Positions 10,661 through 21,917 of a DNA stretch of 64,000 nt are shown here, in pieces. The position numbers were made by a program, and so were the translations under genes. This DNA comes from Guillardia theta CCMP2712 (taxonomy: Eukaryota > Protista > Cryptophyta). How positions within the stretch are numbered: the first letter of the stretch is position 1; each line of letters begins with the position of its first letter. The stretch is taken from positions 1 through 64,000 of the forward strand of contig NW_005434646.1 in the NCBI RefSeq assembly GCF_000315625.1, given 5' to 3'. The notes below the pieces were generated by a model. The model made no database searches. It was not told where the DNA came from and worked only from the letters and a program-made list of their open reading frames with translations.

Positions 10661-11624
10661 TCAACAGGTAGGGTAGGCTGGTGTTGCTCACCCGTACCTG
10701 ATAGCCGGAAACAATGGGATTATACAGGGTGGTATACGACTAGGGTAGGGCTCCATGTAGGGGGGTGGTCGGGCGGGAAACATGGCAGGAGGATGAAGGG
10801 GGAGAGCGGGAGGAGAGAGGGAGAGAGGATGGAAGGAGCTTGAGGGAGGGCGACGACAAGCTTGTCATGTCGCTAGTGTGTGAGAGATGTCTTGTACCTG
10901 CTGCAGAGAGAAGGAGATGTGACAACAGACAGAAGAGAGGAGAAGAGAGGAGGGAAAAGAAACGGCTGAAGGAAGGGATGAAATATGAAGAATACCAAGA
11001 GGAGCGAGGAAACCTTCTCTGTGCTTGATTAATGTGTTTTCGGCATTCTTGATCCCTCTCTTGCTGTGTCAAGGAAGGATGGAGAAGCTTGCTCTCTTGA
11101 TCTCCTTATTTCTTTCTTTCTCCTTGCCTTCTCTTCCCTCGCTGTCTTTTTTTCATCTCTCTCTCTACGAACAGTCACTGAAAGGGAGAAAGGAGACGGC
11201 GTGGGAGAAGGAGGCAGAGTCGGAAGCAGGGCAGAGCTTCGAGAGAGAATAAGACATGCATGGATAAGTGAGCAAGAGAGGGGAAGTCAGAATGAGTGAT
11301 AGGTCTTATGATGAAGAATAGACGGCACTTGTTGAGGTGAATACTTGATAAGCTCTGAAAGAGCAGGCGACTGATACGCTCTTGGAGTTGCAGTTGCAGG
11401 CAGTAGGATCAGAGTGTATAGACAAAAAGCCTCAGGTGTACATCACAAAGCTGTGCTGTTCTGTAATCCGATCGTTGTGGTGTAAACCGAACCACAAACA
11501 GAGGAAGATCCAAGATAGAGAGACGTAAAAAGAGGGAGGGAGAGAGTGGTGGAGGACAGAGGATATCTGAAGCCGGCTGATGCAAGCTCCTGTAGCAGGT
11601 ATCTCCCTGGGCTGAGAAAGGGAC

Positions 11625-14600
11625 ATGAGTTGCTTCCCCTGCTTCTCGTCCAAAGTGAAGCCCGAGGAGGGTCGTGATGACTCGCTACTCCAGCAGAGGT
11701 TGGAAGAAGCGACAAGAAGGATCTCAGAGCTCGAGGCTGAGCTGAGAAAGCAGACTGTCAAAGATCCCCCAGCCCCTCAAGGAGACGTAGAGACCATTCC
11801 GTCAAGCATCTCCAGCCCTAGGACTCGGCCATCAAACAAGACAGACATCGAGATCAAATCTCAAATCAGCCATCCCACGGCTCATCCACCAGCTAGTACC
11901 CAGCAGACGACCAGCTGGACTATCCCCGACGACATCAGCTCTGACCTCAAGAAGCTCTTTCAGACCCCTCAAGACTCCGAGGAATACAAAACGATTCTCA
12001 ACAACCTCCGCATGGCTCTCGGCGTCGACGCGTCGGCCCTCAGCCCTGACAAGCTCTCGTACGACGACTACGAGGTCAGAGTCGCAAGAGAGTGGGAGCT
12101 CGAGCGCAAGACCAGCAGCCTCGGCGACCTCAACATCCTCCGAGTCATAGCGGAGTGCATCCCCGGCGGGAGCGCGGCGAGTCCTCTTGCGGGGCTACAG
12201 GGGATGACGGAGAGCGCTCTATCGGCTCTATGGCAGACGGCGATAGGGAGGAGGCTCGAGGAGGCGCTGAGGAGGCCGGCGGAGGCAGGAGGGCGGGCGG
12301 GAGGAGACGGTCCGACGTCGCACAACAGCAAGTTTGCGGAGGTACGCGAGGCCGTGTACGGGAAGATCGAGGAGTACTACGGGGGGCTGATGGAGCGGAT
12401 CGGGCTACCTCAGACGGAGCTGATGAAGGCGATAGAGGAGGAGCACTGCAAGGGCAAGGACGCGGAGGAAGCGTTCACGACGAGCAACTACAAGATCACG
12501 ACGACAGCCAAGGAGGAGTGGCTCAACGTCACAGACCCGGAGAGGAGGCGGAGGCTGTCGGACGGGACGCGGGTGATCCGAGGGATGGAGGAGCTGAAGG
12601 CGCTGGACACGGCGATCAAGGCGGGGCTACAGGAGGCGGAGCTGATCGCGCTGCAGCTCTACACAGGTACGAGAGAGAGATAGCGAGAGAGGGAGAAGGA
12701 GCATGGGGGAGGAGAGAGGAGCAAGAGAGCGTGAGATGGCTGACAAGAGGCTTGCTATGACAGGGCCGATGTACTTCAAGTACAACTCTGTTCTTCGAGC
12801 TCCCAACGAGCTCCTCCGAGACTCCAGCAAGGTCCCCAACAAGTACACGACGACCATCCACTGCATCGTCAGCGGCATCGTGAAGCTGTCTCGTCACACG
12901 CCTCTNNNNNNNNNNNNNNNNNNNNNNNNNNNNNNNNNNNNNNNNNNNNNNNNNNNNNNNNNNNNNNNNNNNNNNNNNNNNNNNNNNNNNNNNNNNNNNN
13001 NNNNNACGAGGACAAGCTCGGGGTGTCCGGAGGAGTCGAGTACGGGCTGCTGAGCACGACGACAGACGTCAGGACGGCGATCCAGTACGCCGGGGAGGAG
13101 GGAGAGTCGATCGTGTTCGAGATCAGCTGCGGGGCGATCGACCGGGGGGCGAGCTTGACGTTTGTGTCTCAGTATCCGGGGGAGGGGGAGATGTTGTATC
13201 CGCCGCTGTCGTACCTGGAGGTGGTGAAGACGCCGCGGTACAGGGAGGTAGAGGGGAGGCAGGTGAAGGTGCTGGAGCTGAAGATCAACGCGAACACGAT
13301 GAGCTTGTCGATCGAGGACTTTGTGGGGAAGAGGAAGCAGCTGTACGTAGGGCTGATGGAGAACCTGGCGAGGGAGGTAGAGCGAGACGTGAGGGGGTGG
13401 GAGGGGAGGATCCAGGAGCGGCTCAGGACAGCAACGGCTGACTCTTGGTTCAAGCTCCATCAGGGTCTTGTGGGGTCGATCGTGGAGGAGTGCTGGGGGC
13501 TGGTGGAGGCGAGCAGGGCGAGGGAGTCGGGCTGGTACAACGAGGAGTCAAGATACAAGGAGGCGATCGAGCTGTCGAACCGAGTCAAGGACATGGCGAT
13601 CAACAAGCTCAGGCACTGGATCGAAGACACTCAAGGAGACAGGAAATGTCATGCCCTCACGAGAGAGCGGATGCAGTCAGTGTACTGGAGGACGATGGCG
13701 GGTCTGATGTACGAGATCAGCTCGCGGACTCCAGCAGGCGATGACGGCAGACGAGAGCAGAGCAAGAGGCTGTGCGGGATGTACGGCTTGTCGATGTCAA
13801 GGTCGGGCCAGCACGGGGAGCCGTCGACAGTGACGGCGGTGGTACGAGGACAGGGGGAGCTGATCGGGCTGCTGAAGGCGGGCGGGTACGACATGGACGA
13901 GCGGACGGAGGACGGGAGGACAGGGCTGCATGTAGCGGGGATGCTGGGGAGGGCGGGGAGCATGAGGGAGCTGATAGAGGCAGGAGCAGAGGTAGGAGCG
14001 AAGGACGAAGAAGGGAAGACGATGGTACACTGGGCGGGGGAGTATGGGCATGTGGAGGTGCTGAAGACGGTAGAGGAAGAATGCGGGAAAGAGACTCTGA
14101 GGACCTTGATGGTGGACAAGGACAAGCACGGCATGACATGCGCGCACTGGGCGAGTGAGGGAGGGCACTTGGAGGTAGTGCGGTATGCTGCAGAGACATG
14201 CGGGGAGGAGGTGCTGAGGGAGAAGGACGAAGACGGCAAGACATGCGCGCAGTATGCGAGTGCTGAAGGGAACTTGGAGGTGCTGCGGTATGTTGGGGAG
14301 ACATGCGGGGAGGAGGTACTGAGGGAGAAGGACAATAACGGCAAGACATGCGCGCACTGGGCGAGTGAGGGAGGGCAGTTGGAGGTGCTGCGGTATGCTG
14401 TAGAGACATGCGGGGAGGAGGTACTGAGGGAGAAGGACTTTGACGGCAGGACATGCGCTCACTGGGCGAGTCTCAGAGGGCAGTTGGAGGTGCTGCGGTA
14501 TGTTGGGGAGACATGCGGGGAGGAGCTGCTGAGGGAGAAGGACAATGACGGCTGGACATGCGCGCACTGGGCGAGTGAGGGAGGGCAGTTGGAGGTGCTG

Positions 14601-14891
14601 CGGTATGCTGTAGAGACATGCGGGGAGGAGGTGCTGAGGGAGAAGGCCAAGCACGGCAGGACATGCGCGCATACGGCGAGTCTCAGAGGGCACTTGGAGG
14701 TAGTGCGGTATGTTGTAGAGACATGCGGGGAGGATGTGCTGAGGGAGAAGGACAAGCACGGCAAGACATGCGCGCGCTGGGCGAGTCTCGGAGGGCACTT
14801 GGAGGTGCTGCGGTATGTTGTAGAGACATGCGGGGAGGATGTGCTGAGGGAGAAGGACAAGCTCCGCTGTCTTGGGCTTTTATACACGTAA
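11625..14891 (+). CDS. Mono-ADP-ribosyltransferase (R-S-E type ART) domain fused to C-terminal ankyrin repeats; intron 12667-12763; gap 12906-13005
   Basis: Splicing joins ALQLYTG|PMYFKYNSVLR. LLSTTTD and SQYPGEGEMLYPP are the STS and ExE motifs; the catalytic Arg is expected inside the N gap. Ankyrin GRTGLHVA and GKTCAHWAS repeats follow. Confidence 0.82.
14110..14860 (+). repeat. 105-bp (35-aa) ankyrin-coding tandem repeat, ~7 copies
   Basis: GAGACATGCGGGGAGGA recurs at 14193, 14298, 14403, 14508, 14613, 14718 and 14823. Confidence 0.93.
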
Positions 14892-15834
14892 CAAAGATAT
14901 ACAGGGCAGGGACGGCACATTCGCAGGGCCGACTTGTGCATACAAGCAGAGGTGGAAAGGTGGAGCGGAGTTCAAGAGCTTGTCCTCTCCTCTTGCCCCG
15001 AAATACTTGTTCGACGTCATTTCAGGGCTGGTGTCACAGGATCTGGATGTCAACCTGTGCATGGTATCGGCGTTCGCAAAAGATTTGAACCTCCAACACT
15101 GAATGGCTGGTCTTGCATTTGAGGGCAGGTAGAACATGGTTTGCCACAGTCCCGTCAATTGTCGAACCAGAAAGCAAGAGGAGGAAATGCGGTAACGAGG
15201 GAGACAAGGCTCAGACGGGTACACGTAAAAGAGTGCTGATCATAGTAGAGATTGGATTGGAAACAGAACCATTCTGCGGATCAGCGCGCCTTGTAACAGA
15301 AAGCAATGCACCTCAGACGACGGGGAGGCTTGAGGATGGAATGGTGGTGTCTTTGGAATGATACCATACGATCTGCATGGCAGCCATCTGATTCATGGAT
15401 ATCCGACAAAATTGCAGATTACATGTATTTTGTATTTGATTGGCATTATGATATCTCTCCGAACAAATTGAAGGAACGTATTCATATTCCGAATGCCTGT
15501 GTCGTATCGATCCGGTGAAGAGAAGATGGGAGAGGTGACATTGAAGAAAGAAGCTTNNNNNNNNNNNNNNNNNNNNNNNNNNNNNNNNNNNNNNNNNNNN
15601 NNNNNNNNNNNNNNNNNNNNNNNNNNNNNNNNNNNNNNNNNNNNNNNNNNNNNNNNNNNNNNNNNNNNNNNNNNNNNNNNNNNNNNNNNNNNNNNNNNNN
15701 NNNNNNNNNNNNNNNNNNNNNNNNNNNNNNNNNNNNNNNNNNNNNNNNNNNNNNNNNNNNNNNNNNNNNNNNNNNNNNNNNNGGTTGGTTGACCTGGAGT
15801 GTCTCGATGACCCGACGATCTCAATGTCATAGCA

Positions 15835-15874
15835 CCAGCATGTCATGGAGAGTGCGCTCTCCATGACATGCTGG
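15835..15874. repeat. Perfect hairpin, 18-bp arms, 4-nt loop
   Basis: CCAGCATGTCATGGAGAG-TGCG-CTCTCCATGACATGCTGG. Confidence 0.9.
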
Positions 15875-16283
15875 AAGAGGAGAAGACAGCAGAGTAGAAA
15901 GGCGATCAGAAAAGTAAAGGGAAGAGAAGAGGAGAGGAGAGAGCAGGGGTGGAGAAGCGACGAGCAGAGCGGGGAAAAGCAGAGAGCAGAGAGCGGAGAA
16001 GAGGAATGGACAGGAGGGAGGTGGTGGAGTGCAATGACAAGGGGAGCAGACAAGGGAGAGGACGAGTAAAGAGAGATGGAGGAGGGAGGAGAAGGGGGGA
16101 GAAGGAAAGAGAAGGAAAGAAGGAAAGGAAGGGACTGCGAGGAGCAGATCTGACCGGAGAGAAGAAGATCTTGCACGAGAGGAGAGGAGAGGGGAAGCAG
16201 GTGAAAGGAGAGCAGATCAAACAGAAGAGAAGATCAGATCAGAGGAAAAGGCTGGCGGAGAGGAGAGTAGATAACGGAGAGAA

Positions 16284-16503
16284 GGCTCTATATGTGAGCA
16301 ATATAGGGTAAGGAGCCAATGCAAGGAGTGTGGAGGTGGCTCTATATGCATCCACAACAACGGAAGGTGTAACTGTAAGGACTGCGAGACACAAGATGAA
16401 CAATGTCGCCACAAGAGAAGAAGGCTAGATTGTTGTGAAGATGAACAATGTAGCCACAAGAGAAGAAGGCTAGATTGTGAAGAGTGTATTGGAGATTTGT
16501 AAA
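16284..16503 (+). pseudogene. Fragment of Cys/His-rich repeat protein (CxHxRxRxxCKECGG type)
   Basis: Manual translation GSICEQYRVRSQCKECGGGSICIHNNGRCNCKDC...CRHKRRRLDC...CSHKRRRLDCEEC. No upstream start codon in frame. Confidence 0.6.
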
Positions 16504-16892
16504 AATGAACATCCAAACATTGATGAGAAAATATGCTTGGATTGAAGGTGCACAGTTAGTAAAATGTACCCCCTGGATTCTTATTGTCTACTACCATTCG
16601 TCTGCAGACCTGCAACCATATGAGCAATAGTCCTCATCATATCCATTACACAGTTTGTATATGATTCCACAATAGCAGCATGAGAACTCGAGCTCCTCTT
16701 CACAACATCTCTTGCAGTGTCGCTCCTCTATCCAGCGTCCATCGCGATATCCTATGGTTTCTCTGCGTGGAGGTGCTCAAACACATCATCACATGTAGAG
16801 CATCTCCATACAAAATAATTATCTGTGCAGGTCTTGCAGGCAGACAATCTATTGCACTCTTCAGAAGGTGTCCAAGAGCAGCACATCTCGCA

Positions 16893-16992
16893 NNNNNNNN
16901 NNNNNNNNNNNNNNNNNNNNNNNNNNNNNNNNNNNNNNNNNNNNNNNNNNNNNNNNNNNNNNNNNNNNNNNNNNNNNNNNNNNNNNNNNNNN
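16893..16992. other. Assembly gap (100 N); other gaps at 12906-13005 and 15557-15782
   Basis: N runs. Confidence 0.99.
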
Positions 16993-17028
16993 TCGGTCGC
17001 CTCCTACCTTCTGCTACTTACCTTGAGC

Positions 17029-19172
17029 TCAGCTCAAGCTCGGTACGGGCTCGCCCCGTCTTCTTTCCTCGCCCTCGCCTTTGCTCTTCCTCCATGTCTT
17101 CCTCTTCTTCGCATCTTCCCTCATCTCCACCCGCAGTCGGTCCTTCTTGTCCACCTTCAGCGAGCAGGCCAGCACATGCATCTCTGCGAATTTACTCAGT
17201 GCTATGAACAGGAAGCTAAGAGATCGACGCTCTATGTCGTCGCTCTCCGCCTCCTGCTCAAGCTCAGCAGCTGCCGTTGCCCGTGGCGAGAACGCGCTGC
17301 CCCTCCTTGCCTTCTTGCTCTCTCCTTGCACGCGAGTCCAGCGCTTGCTCTGCAGCCACTTCCCCAGCTTCTCCTTGAGCGCGTTGCGTCCCACTCCCTG
17401 CTCCTCTGGCGTCTTCGCCCACTCTCCCAGCGACATGAACTCCAGGCTCCCCGGAGAGTAGAAGGTGTCGTGGAGGTTGCCAACGGCCTTGTCCAGGACC
17501 AGCTTGATCGGCTCGCTCGTCCCTGCCTCGTTCAAAGAAGCTGCATCTTCGATGACTGCTGACAGCTCGCTGACGAGCTGCATGTCCTCTTGGCTTGACG
17601 GAGATGCTGCCTCCATTGTGATCCTCTCCAGGTCTGTAAACTCCAGCCACTCTCCCTCGCTCTCCTCCTGTCGCTGCGCTGTGTCGCTGGTGCCCCGCTG
17701 ACCAGCCGCCTCAGGCTCCTTGTCGAAGCCGACTGCTTCGAGCTTGGTTGCTGCGCCTTCGAGATAGAAGGGCAGCTCCTTCATCATGCGTCGAGCATCC
17801 TCCGTGGAGCCGAGGAGGATGCATAGCTTGGACCCGTTCCAGGACTTGGTGTTCAAATCCTCCTCCATGTCGATGCCTTCAACGTTGATCTCGAGCCTGT
17901 TAGCGATCTCCAACAAGACTCTCTTGACTCTTGCGATAGACGTGTTGCCGCCGTTGCACAGCCCCTCCATCTCCTTCCTCGTGAAGCGACCAGATGCCGC
18001 CGTCGACTTGATGATGATCTTGATCTCCTTAACCCTAAACCCTAAACCCTAAACCCTAAACCCTAAACCCTAAACTTATTTCTGGACACAAAGCGATCAG
18101 CTGTCAACTCGACTGCGAGCGCCTCTCTGATCTTCGGGTCCTCGCTGAACAGAGTCAGGTGTACTCCCTCCATCGCTTCGCTCTCTCGGAAAGCTCGAAA
18201 TGCTGTATCATTCGCCTCTGGGCAGCTCGAGGAGACGATCCACTCCACCTCCCTCTGTCTCCAGATGACGTTGGCCCCTACAGCGATGAAGCCTTTCTGA
18301 CCTAAGCCTTTGTGGACTTGCTGTCCTGGCGCCCCAGCGACCAGCATGCCTGCCAGCGGCTGGAGTTGGACCGCTGCAAGGGACTGGCGCAGCAGCTGAT
18401 AGCGATAGACGGCAGCTATCTCAGCCGTTGTCATGCCGCCCAAGGTTAGCAGGTGAGTCAGCTCTGCCAAGCTGCCCCCTTTGCCCCAGGGTCCTCTCTT
18501 GGCTCGAATCTTGAAAGATCGATCGTGCACGATGCTCACATGTACAGCTGTGAACTTGCGACCATCGATCGCGAAGTCCTCTCTTCCCTGCCAGAGCTTC
18601 TCCGCTTGTGCATTGCGGAGGAAGGAAACAGTCACCGGGATCTCCTCAGCACTCGCTATCTCGGGTCTATACGGAGCCTTCCACATGATTGCTTTACTCT
18701 CTTGCACTGAGTCTACGATCAGTCCGATCTCTTCGAATTTCTTCTTCAGCTTCTCTTCATGGTTGACATACACCGAGGAAATGCCCAGGAGAGTCATGGA
18801 GATGAAGGAAGTTACCTCGTTGCCTGCTGAGGCGGTGTATGTCTCGACCTTCTCCTTCTTGGCTTCCTCAATCTGCTGCATAAACCACTCTCTGGATGCG
18901 TCACTCCATCCAGTCATCGCTTCTTGCAGAAGCTCACGTCGTGCCTGCTGACATGTCGAGCGGATGGCTTCTGCGATAGCGTCGGGGGTGCATCCCTCCA
19001 CAGCCTTGCAAGCCTGGGCTGTCCTGCTGTTCGGATAACGCTTCGCGAAGCTCTTCACCCTCTCGACGAGATCAGCTTCGAGGACAGAGGCATCCACAAG
19101 TCCGCTCTGCATGTATTGGCATGATCTCCGATACAGCAGTTTGCGAACATTTTCATCATACTGAAGAACCAT
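17029..19172 (-). pseudogene. Type-B ORF1 disrupted by telomeric-repeat substitution
   Basis: ORF pieces 18063-19199 and 17029-17970 match the intact D ORF. Confidence 0.88.
18031..18075. repeat. Interstitial (CCCTAAA)n, ~6 units, inside ORF1 of copy B
   Basis: Replaces 46 bp that are present in copy D (23113-23158). Confidence 0.97.
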
Positions 19173-19263
19173 ACTTAGAAAGCTATTTGAAGTATACAAA
19201 CCTCTCGCTTGCAGCTTCCTTGGCGCCCTGGAGGCTTCCCCTACACCACGCGTGCAGCCATGG

Positions 19264-19529
19264 TGCCTGAAATAACCGGCGCTGCCTGAAATAACCGGCG
19301 CTGCCTGAAATAACCGGCGCTGCCTGAAATAACCGGCGCTGCCTGAAATAACCGGCGCTGCCTGAAATAACCGGCGCTGCCTGAAATAACCGGCGCTGCC
19401 TGAAATAACCGGCGCTGCCTGAAATAACCGGCGCTGCCTGAAATAACCGGCGCTCTGAAATAACCGGCGCTGCCTGAAATAACCGGCGCTGCCTGAAATA
19501 ACCGGCGCTGCCTGAAATAACCGGCGCTG
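19264..19529. repeat. 19-bp minisatellite (TGCCTGAAATAACCGGCGC) x ~14, 5' end of copy B
   Basis: Direct reading; one unit has a 3-nt deletion. Confidence 0.97.
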
Positions 19530-19608
19530 TTCTCACCTTCTTGTCCTTCCACCTCACCCTTGTGCCAATTGTCCCACCTGCCCTCGTCTCCTCCTGTTCC
19601 TGCGTCCA

Positions 19609-21756
19609 TTAAGCTTGTGCCGCAGGGGGGGAGTCTAGTGACATCCCCTCTGCGTCGTCCGCCTTGCTCCCTTCCTCCGGTTCCTCTTCCATTCCGGCCT
19701 CTTTCATCTGTAGTTCAGTGCTCAACATGAACTTTAGTTCGTCGTTATCTCCCAGCATTCCTACCGAAGAGATTACTGTCTCCTCTAGGAATTTATTCAA
19801 TGCAATGAAGAGCAGGTCAGTCTTAAACTGCTTCTCTTCTTTGGGGGCAAAAGCGCTTTGCTTGCGCTTCGCGACCTTCCATGTATGCTTCTCAACGATT
19901 CGTTGGACTCGCTCTTTGAAGCCCTTACTCTGGGTATCCCATGTCGCTCCAGTGCCTTTATCAGCCCATTCTTGCAGCGTGGAGAAGGACGCGTTGCCTG
20001 GACTGTCTAAGGCGACCTGCATGTCGTGCACAGCATCGTCAAGACGAAGTAAGGTCTTTCCTTGCTGTTGTAGGTCATTGTTAACTACTTCCGCGATAGC
20101 TGTCTTGATCTCAGCAATTACTACCTCTGCTTCCGCGTCGGGCAGGTTTGTTTCGTTGATGATTGAGTTCAGTTCAATCTCTTTCCACACGGTTCCGCCT
20201 GCTCTGGTTCCCGGCGTTTGTGATCTGGCTTGGTCAGATTGATCCTGTGTTGCCTGAGGCGACACTTTGAGGTTCAGACTACTTGCTGTCGTCTGGATCT
20301 CAACTGTGCCTTGCCAGCAGAGAAGGTGTGTGGGGAATTCAGCCATCATCTTTCTTGCACTCCTTTCACTTCGTAGCCTGAGAATAATTCCAGACCCATC
20401 CCACATCCCCGTCTCTGCGTCACATTGGATGTGTACCCGTTGCAGCTCTTTTTCAACCTGTGGGTCCCAGCATGCGACAGCCCTCCGAATGTTTCGGATG
20501 ACTTTGGCTCTGCCCGTTTCGTCACTGGCGCAGATTTTTTCAATCTCACTTCGAGAGAACTTCCCTGATGGCACTGGGGAGGAGATTTGCACTGAGTACA
20601 GCATCTCTGCCCCCGTTGCCGTTGCCGCCTCCTGTCGCACCGCATTCTTCGTATGCTTGAGCATAGTCGTTGCTTCCATTTGAACTGAAAACCATTTCAG
20701 TATTTTGTCATTCTCTGAGACCAATCCCAAAGTGACTCCTGCTCGATCTTTTCCATGTCGATCGAATGCCTGGAGGACGATGTCCGCTACTTCCAGGCTC
20801 GAACAAGTCGCGATCCAGTCTACCTCTCTGTTCTGGTTGACTGTGTCTATTCCTACCGCTGCAAACACCTTCTTTGGCGGCAGGTTCCTCTTGGGGGGGA
20901 GGTTCACTGTCATTCCCGCGTTTGGGATCAGGTCGATAATTGCTAGGCCCTGTTTCAAGCACAAATGCCTGTAGATCTCACATATATCACCTGTACTCGA
21001 ATCATTGAGCTTAAGGAGTTGGGCCACCTCCGCTAGGATTCCGACTCTGCCCATGTTCTCCTTCTTTGGTCGCATCTTGAACGAGATCGGTGGGTTGGCT
21101 GCTGGGTTCACTGCTAGGATCCTCCTTCCAGCCACCTTAAAGGTACCTTCTCCTTTCCAGAATTTCTCTGCCGCCTCGTTGCGGACAAAGGTGATCACTG
21201 CTGGGATCTCTTCTGCCTTCGCCAGGTCAGGCTTGAGGGGAGCCTTGAAGATCAAACTCCTGCTGTCTTGCGTCTGATCTACGATCAAGCCTTGCTCTTC
21301 CAGCTTGACGCATAAGTTTTCAACCTGTCTGGAGAAGTATGCAGGTATCCCTAGTACCTTCATGGTAATCGTCTGCACACTCGTGCCCTGGTCATCATAA
21401 GACCTGGCCTCCATCTGCCGTTGCCTGTCTGCTAGAAATTCGGACAGGTACCACTGCCTGGCATCATCACCCCACTGCCCGAGACCTTTCAGACTCTCCA
21501 GTGGTGAAGGTTCAGCAAAGCTGCATGTGTGACTGATGGCTTCGGCTAAGGCTTCCAAGGATATCTCTTTGGCTTTCAGAGCTTTGCTCGTCCTGCTTTT
21601 GGGATTCTGCCTTGCGAAGTCATCCAGTCGTCGCACAAGCTCAGCTGGTGACGGCATCGTTCCAGTTTCCGTCTGCCTCTTGAGGTAGCTGGAGGTACGG
21701 TACTGCACGATCTCGTCAGGGTTCACAATAGATATTGGCCACATGCTTCGGAGCAT
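19609..21756 (-). CDS. ORF1 (715 aa), type A
   Basis: Intact ORF, colinear with 7984-10119. Confidence 0.87.
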   Translation of the reverse strand: MLRSMWPISIVNPDEIVQYRTSSYLKRQTETGTMPSPAELVRRLDDFARQNPKSRTSKALKAKEISLEALAEAISHTCSFAEPSPLESLKGLGQWGDDARQWYLSEFLADRQRQMEARSYDDQGTSVQTITMKVLGIPAYFSRQVENLCVKLEEQGLIVDQTQDSRSLIFKAPLKPDLAKAEEIPAVITFVRNEAAEKFWKGEGTFKVAGRRILAVNPAANPPISFKMRPKKENMGRVGILAEVAQLLKLNDSSTGDICEIYRHLCLKQGLAIIDLIPNAGMTVNLPPKRNLPPKKVFAAVGIDTVNQNREVDWIATCSSLEVADIVLQAFDRHGKDRAGVTLGLVSENDKILKWFSVQMEATTMLKHTKNAVRQEAATATGAEMLYSVQISSPVPSGKFSRSEIEKICASDETGRAKVIRNIRRAVACWDPQVEKELQRVHIQCDAETGMWDGSGIILRLRSERSARKMMAEFPTHLLCWQGTVEIQTTASSLNLKVSPQATQDQSDQARSQTPGTRAGGTVWKEIELNSIINETNLPDAEAEVVIAEIKTAIAEVVNNDLQQQGKTLLRLDDAVHDMQVALDSPGNASFSTLQEWADKGTGATWDTQSKGFKERVQRIVEKHTWKVAKRKQSAFAPKEEKQFKTDLLFIALNKFLEETVISSVGMLGDNDELKFMLSTELQMKEAGMEEEPEEGSKADDAEGMSLDSPPAAQA

Positions 21757-21831
21757 TCTCGATGGTTTCCCAAGCTTCCGTCGTTCCTGGCGGCTCTTAC
21801 TCCACCAGCGCAGGGGTACCGCAAATCTGCA

Positions 21832-21917
21832 TGCCAGGAAATAAGGAACCTGTCAGGAAATAAGGAACCTACCCAGGAAATAAGGAACCTGCCGGAACCT
21901 GCCAGGAAATAAGGAAC
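21832..21917. repeat. 19-bp minisatellite (TGCCAGGAAATAAGGAACC) x ~4.5, 5' end of copy C
   Basis: Direct reading; slightly degenerate. Confidence 0.92.

Larger units (their letters stand above)
16993..19529 (-). mobile_element. Copy B: ORF1-only element (type B), interrupted by a telomeric tract at 18031-18075; 3' UTR lost in the gap
   Basis: Near-identical to copy D over its whole length. 5' 19-bp minisatellite. Confidence 0.9.
19530..21917 (-). mobile_element. Copy C: A-like subfamily element, 3'-truncated 80 nt into ORF2
   Basis: ORF1 is highly similar to that of A. TAATG overlap at 19607-19611. ORF2 start MDAGTGGDEGRWD matches A (MEAGGGGGVEGRWD). Confidence 0.9.

Noticed and set aside
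13649-14941. Long antisense ORFs over the ankyrin array
   Set aside because: Shadow frames of a 105-bp coding repeat.
19183-19609. Repetitive peptide ORFs (APVISGSAGYFRQRRLFQA)
   Set aside because: They are read-through of the 19-bp minisatellite after the truncated ORF2 start.
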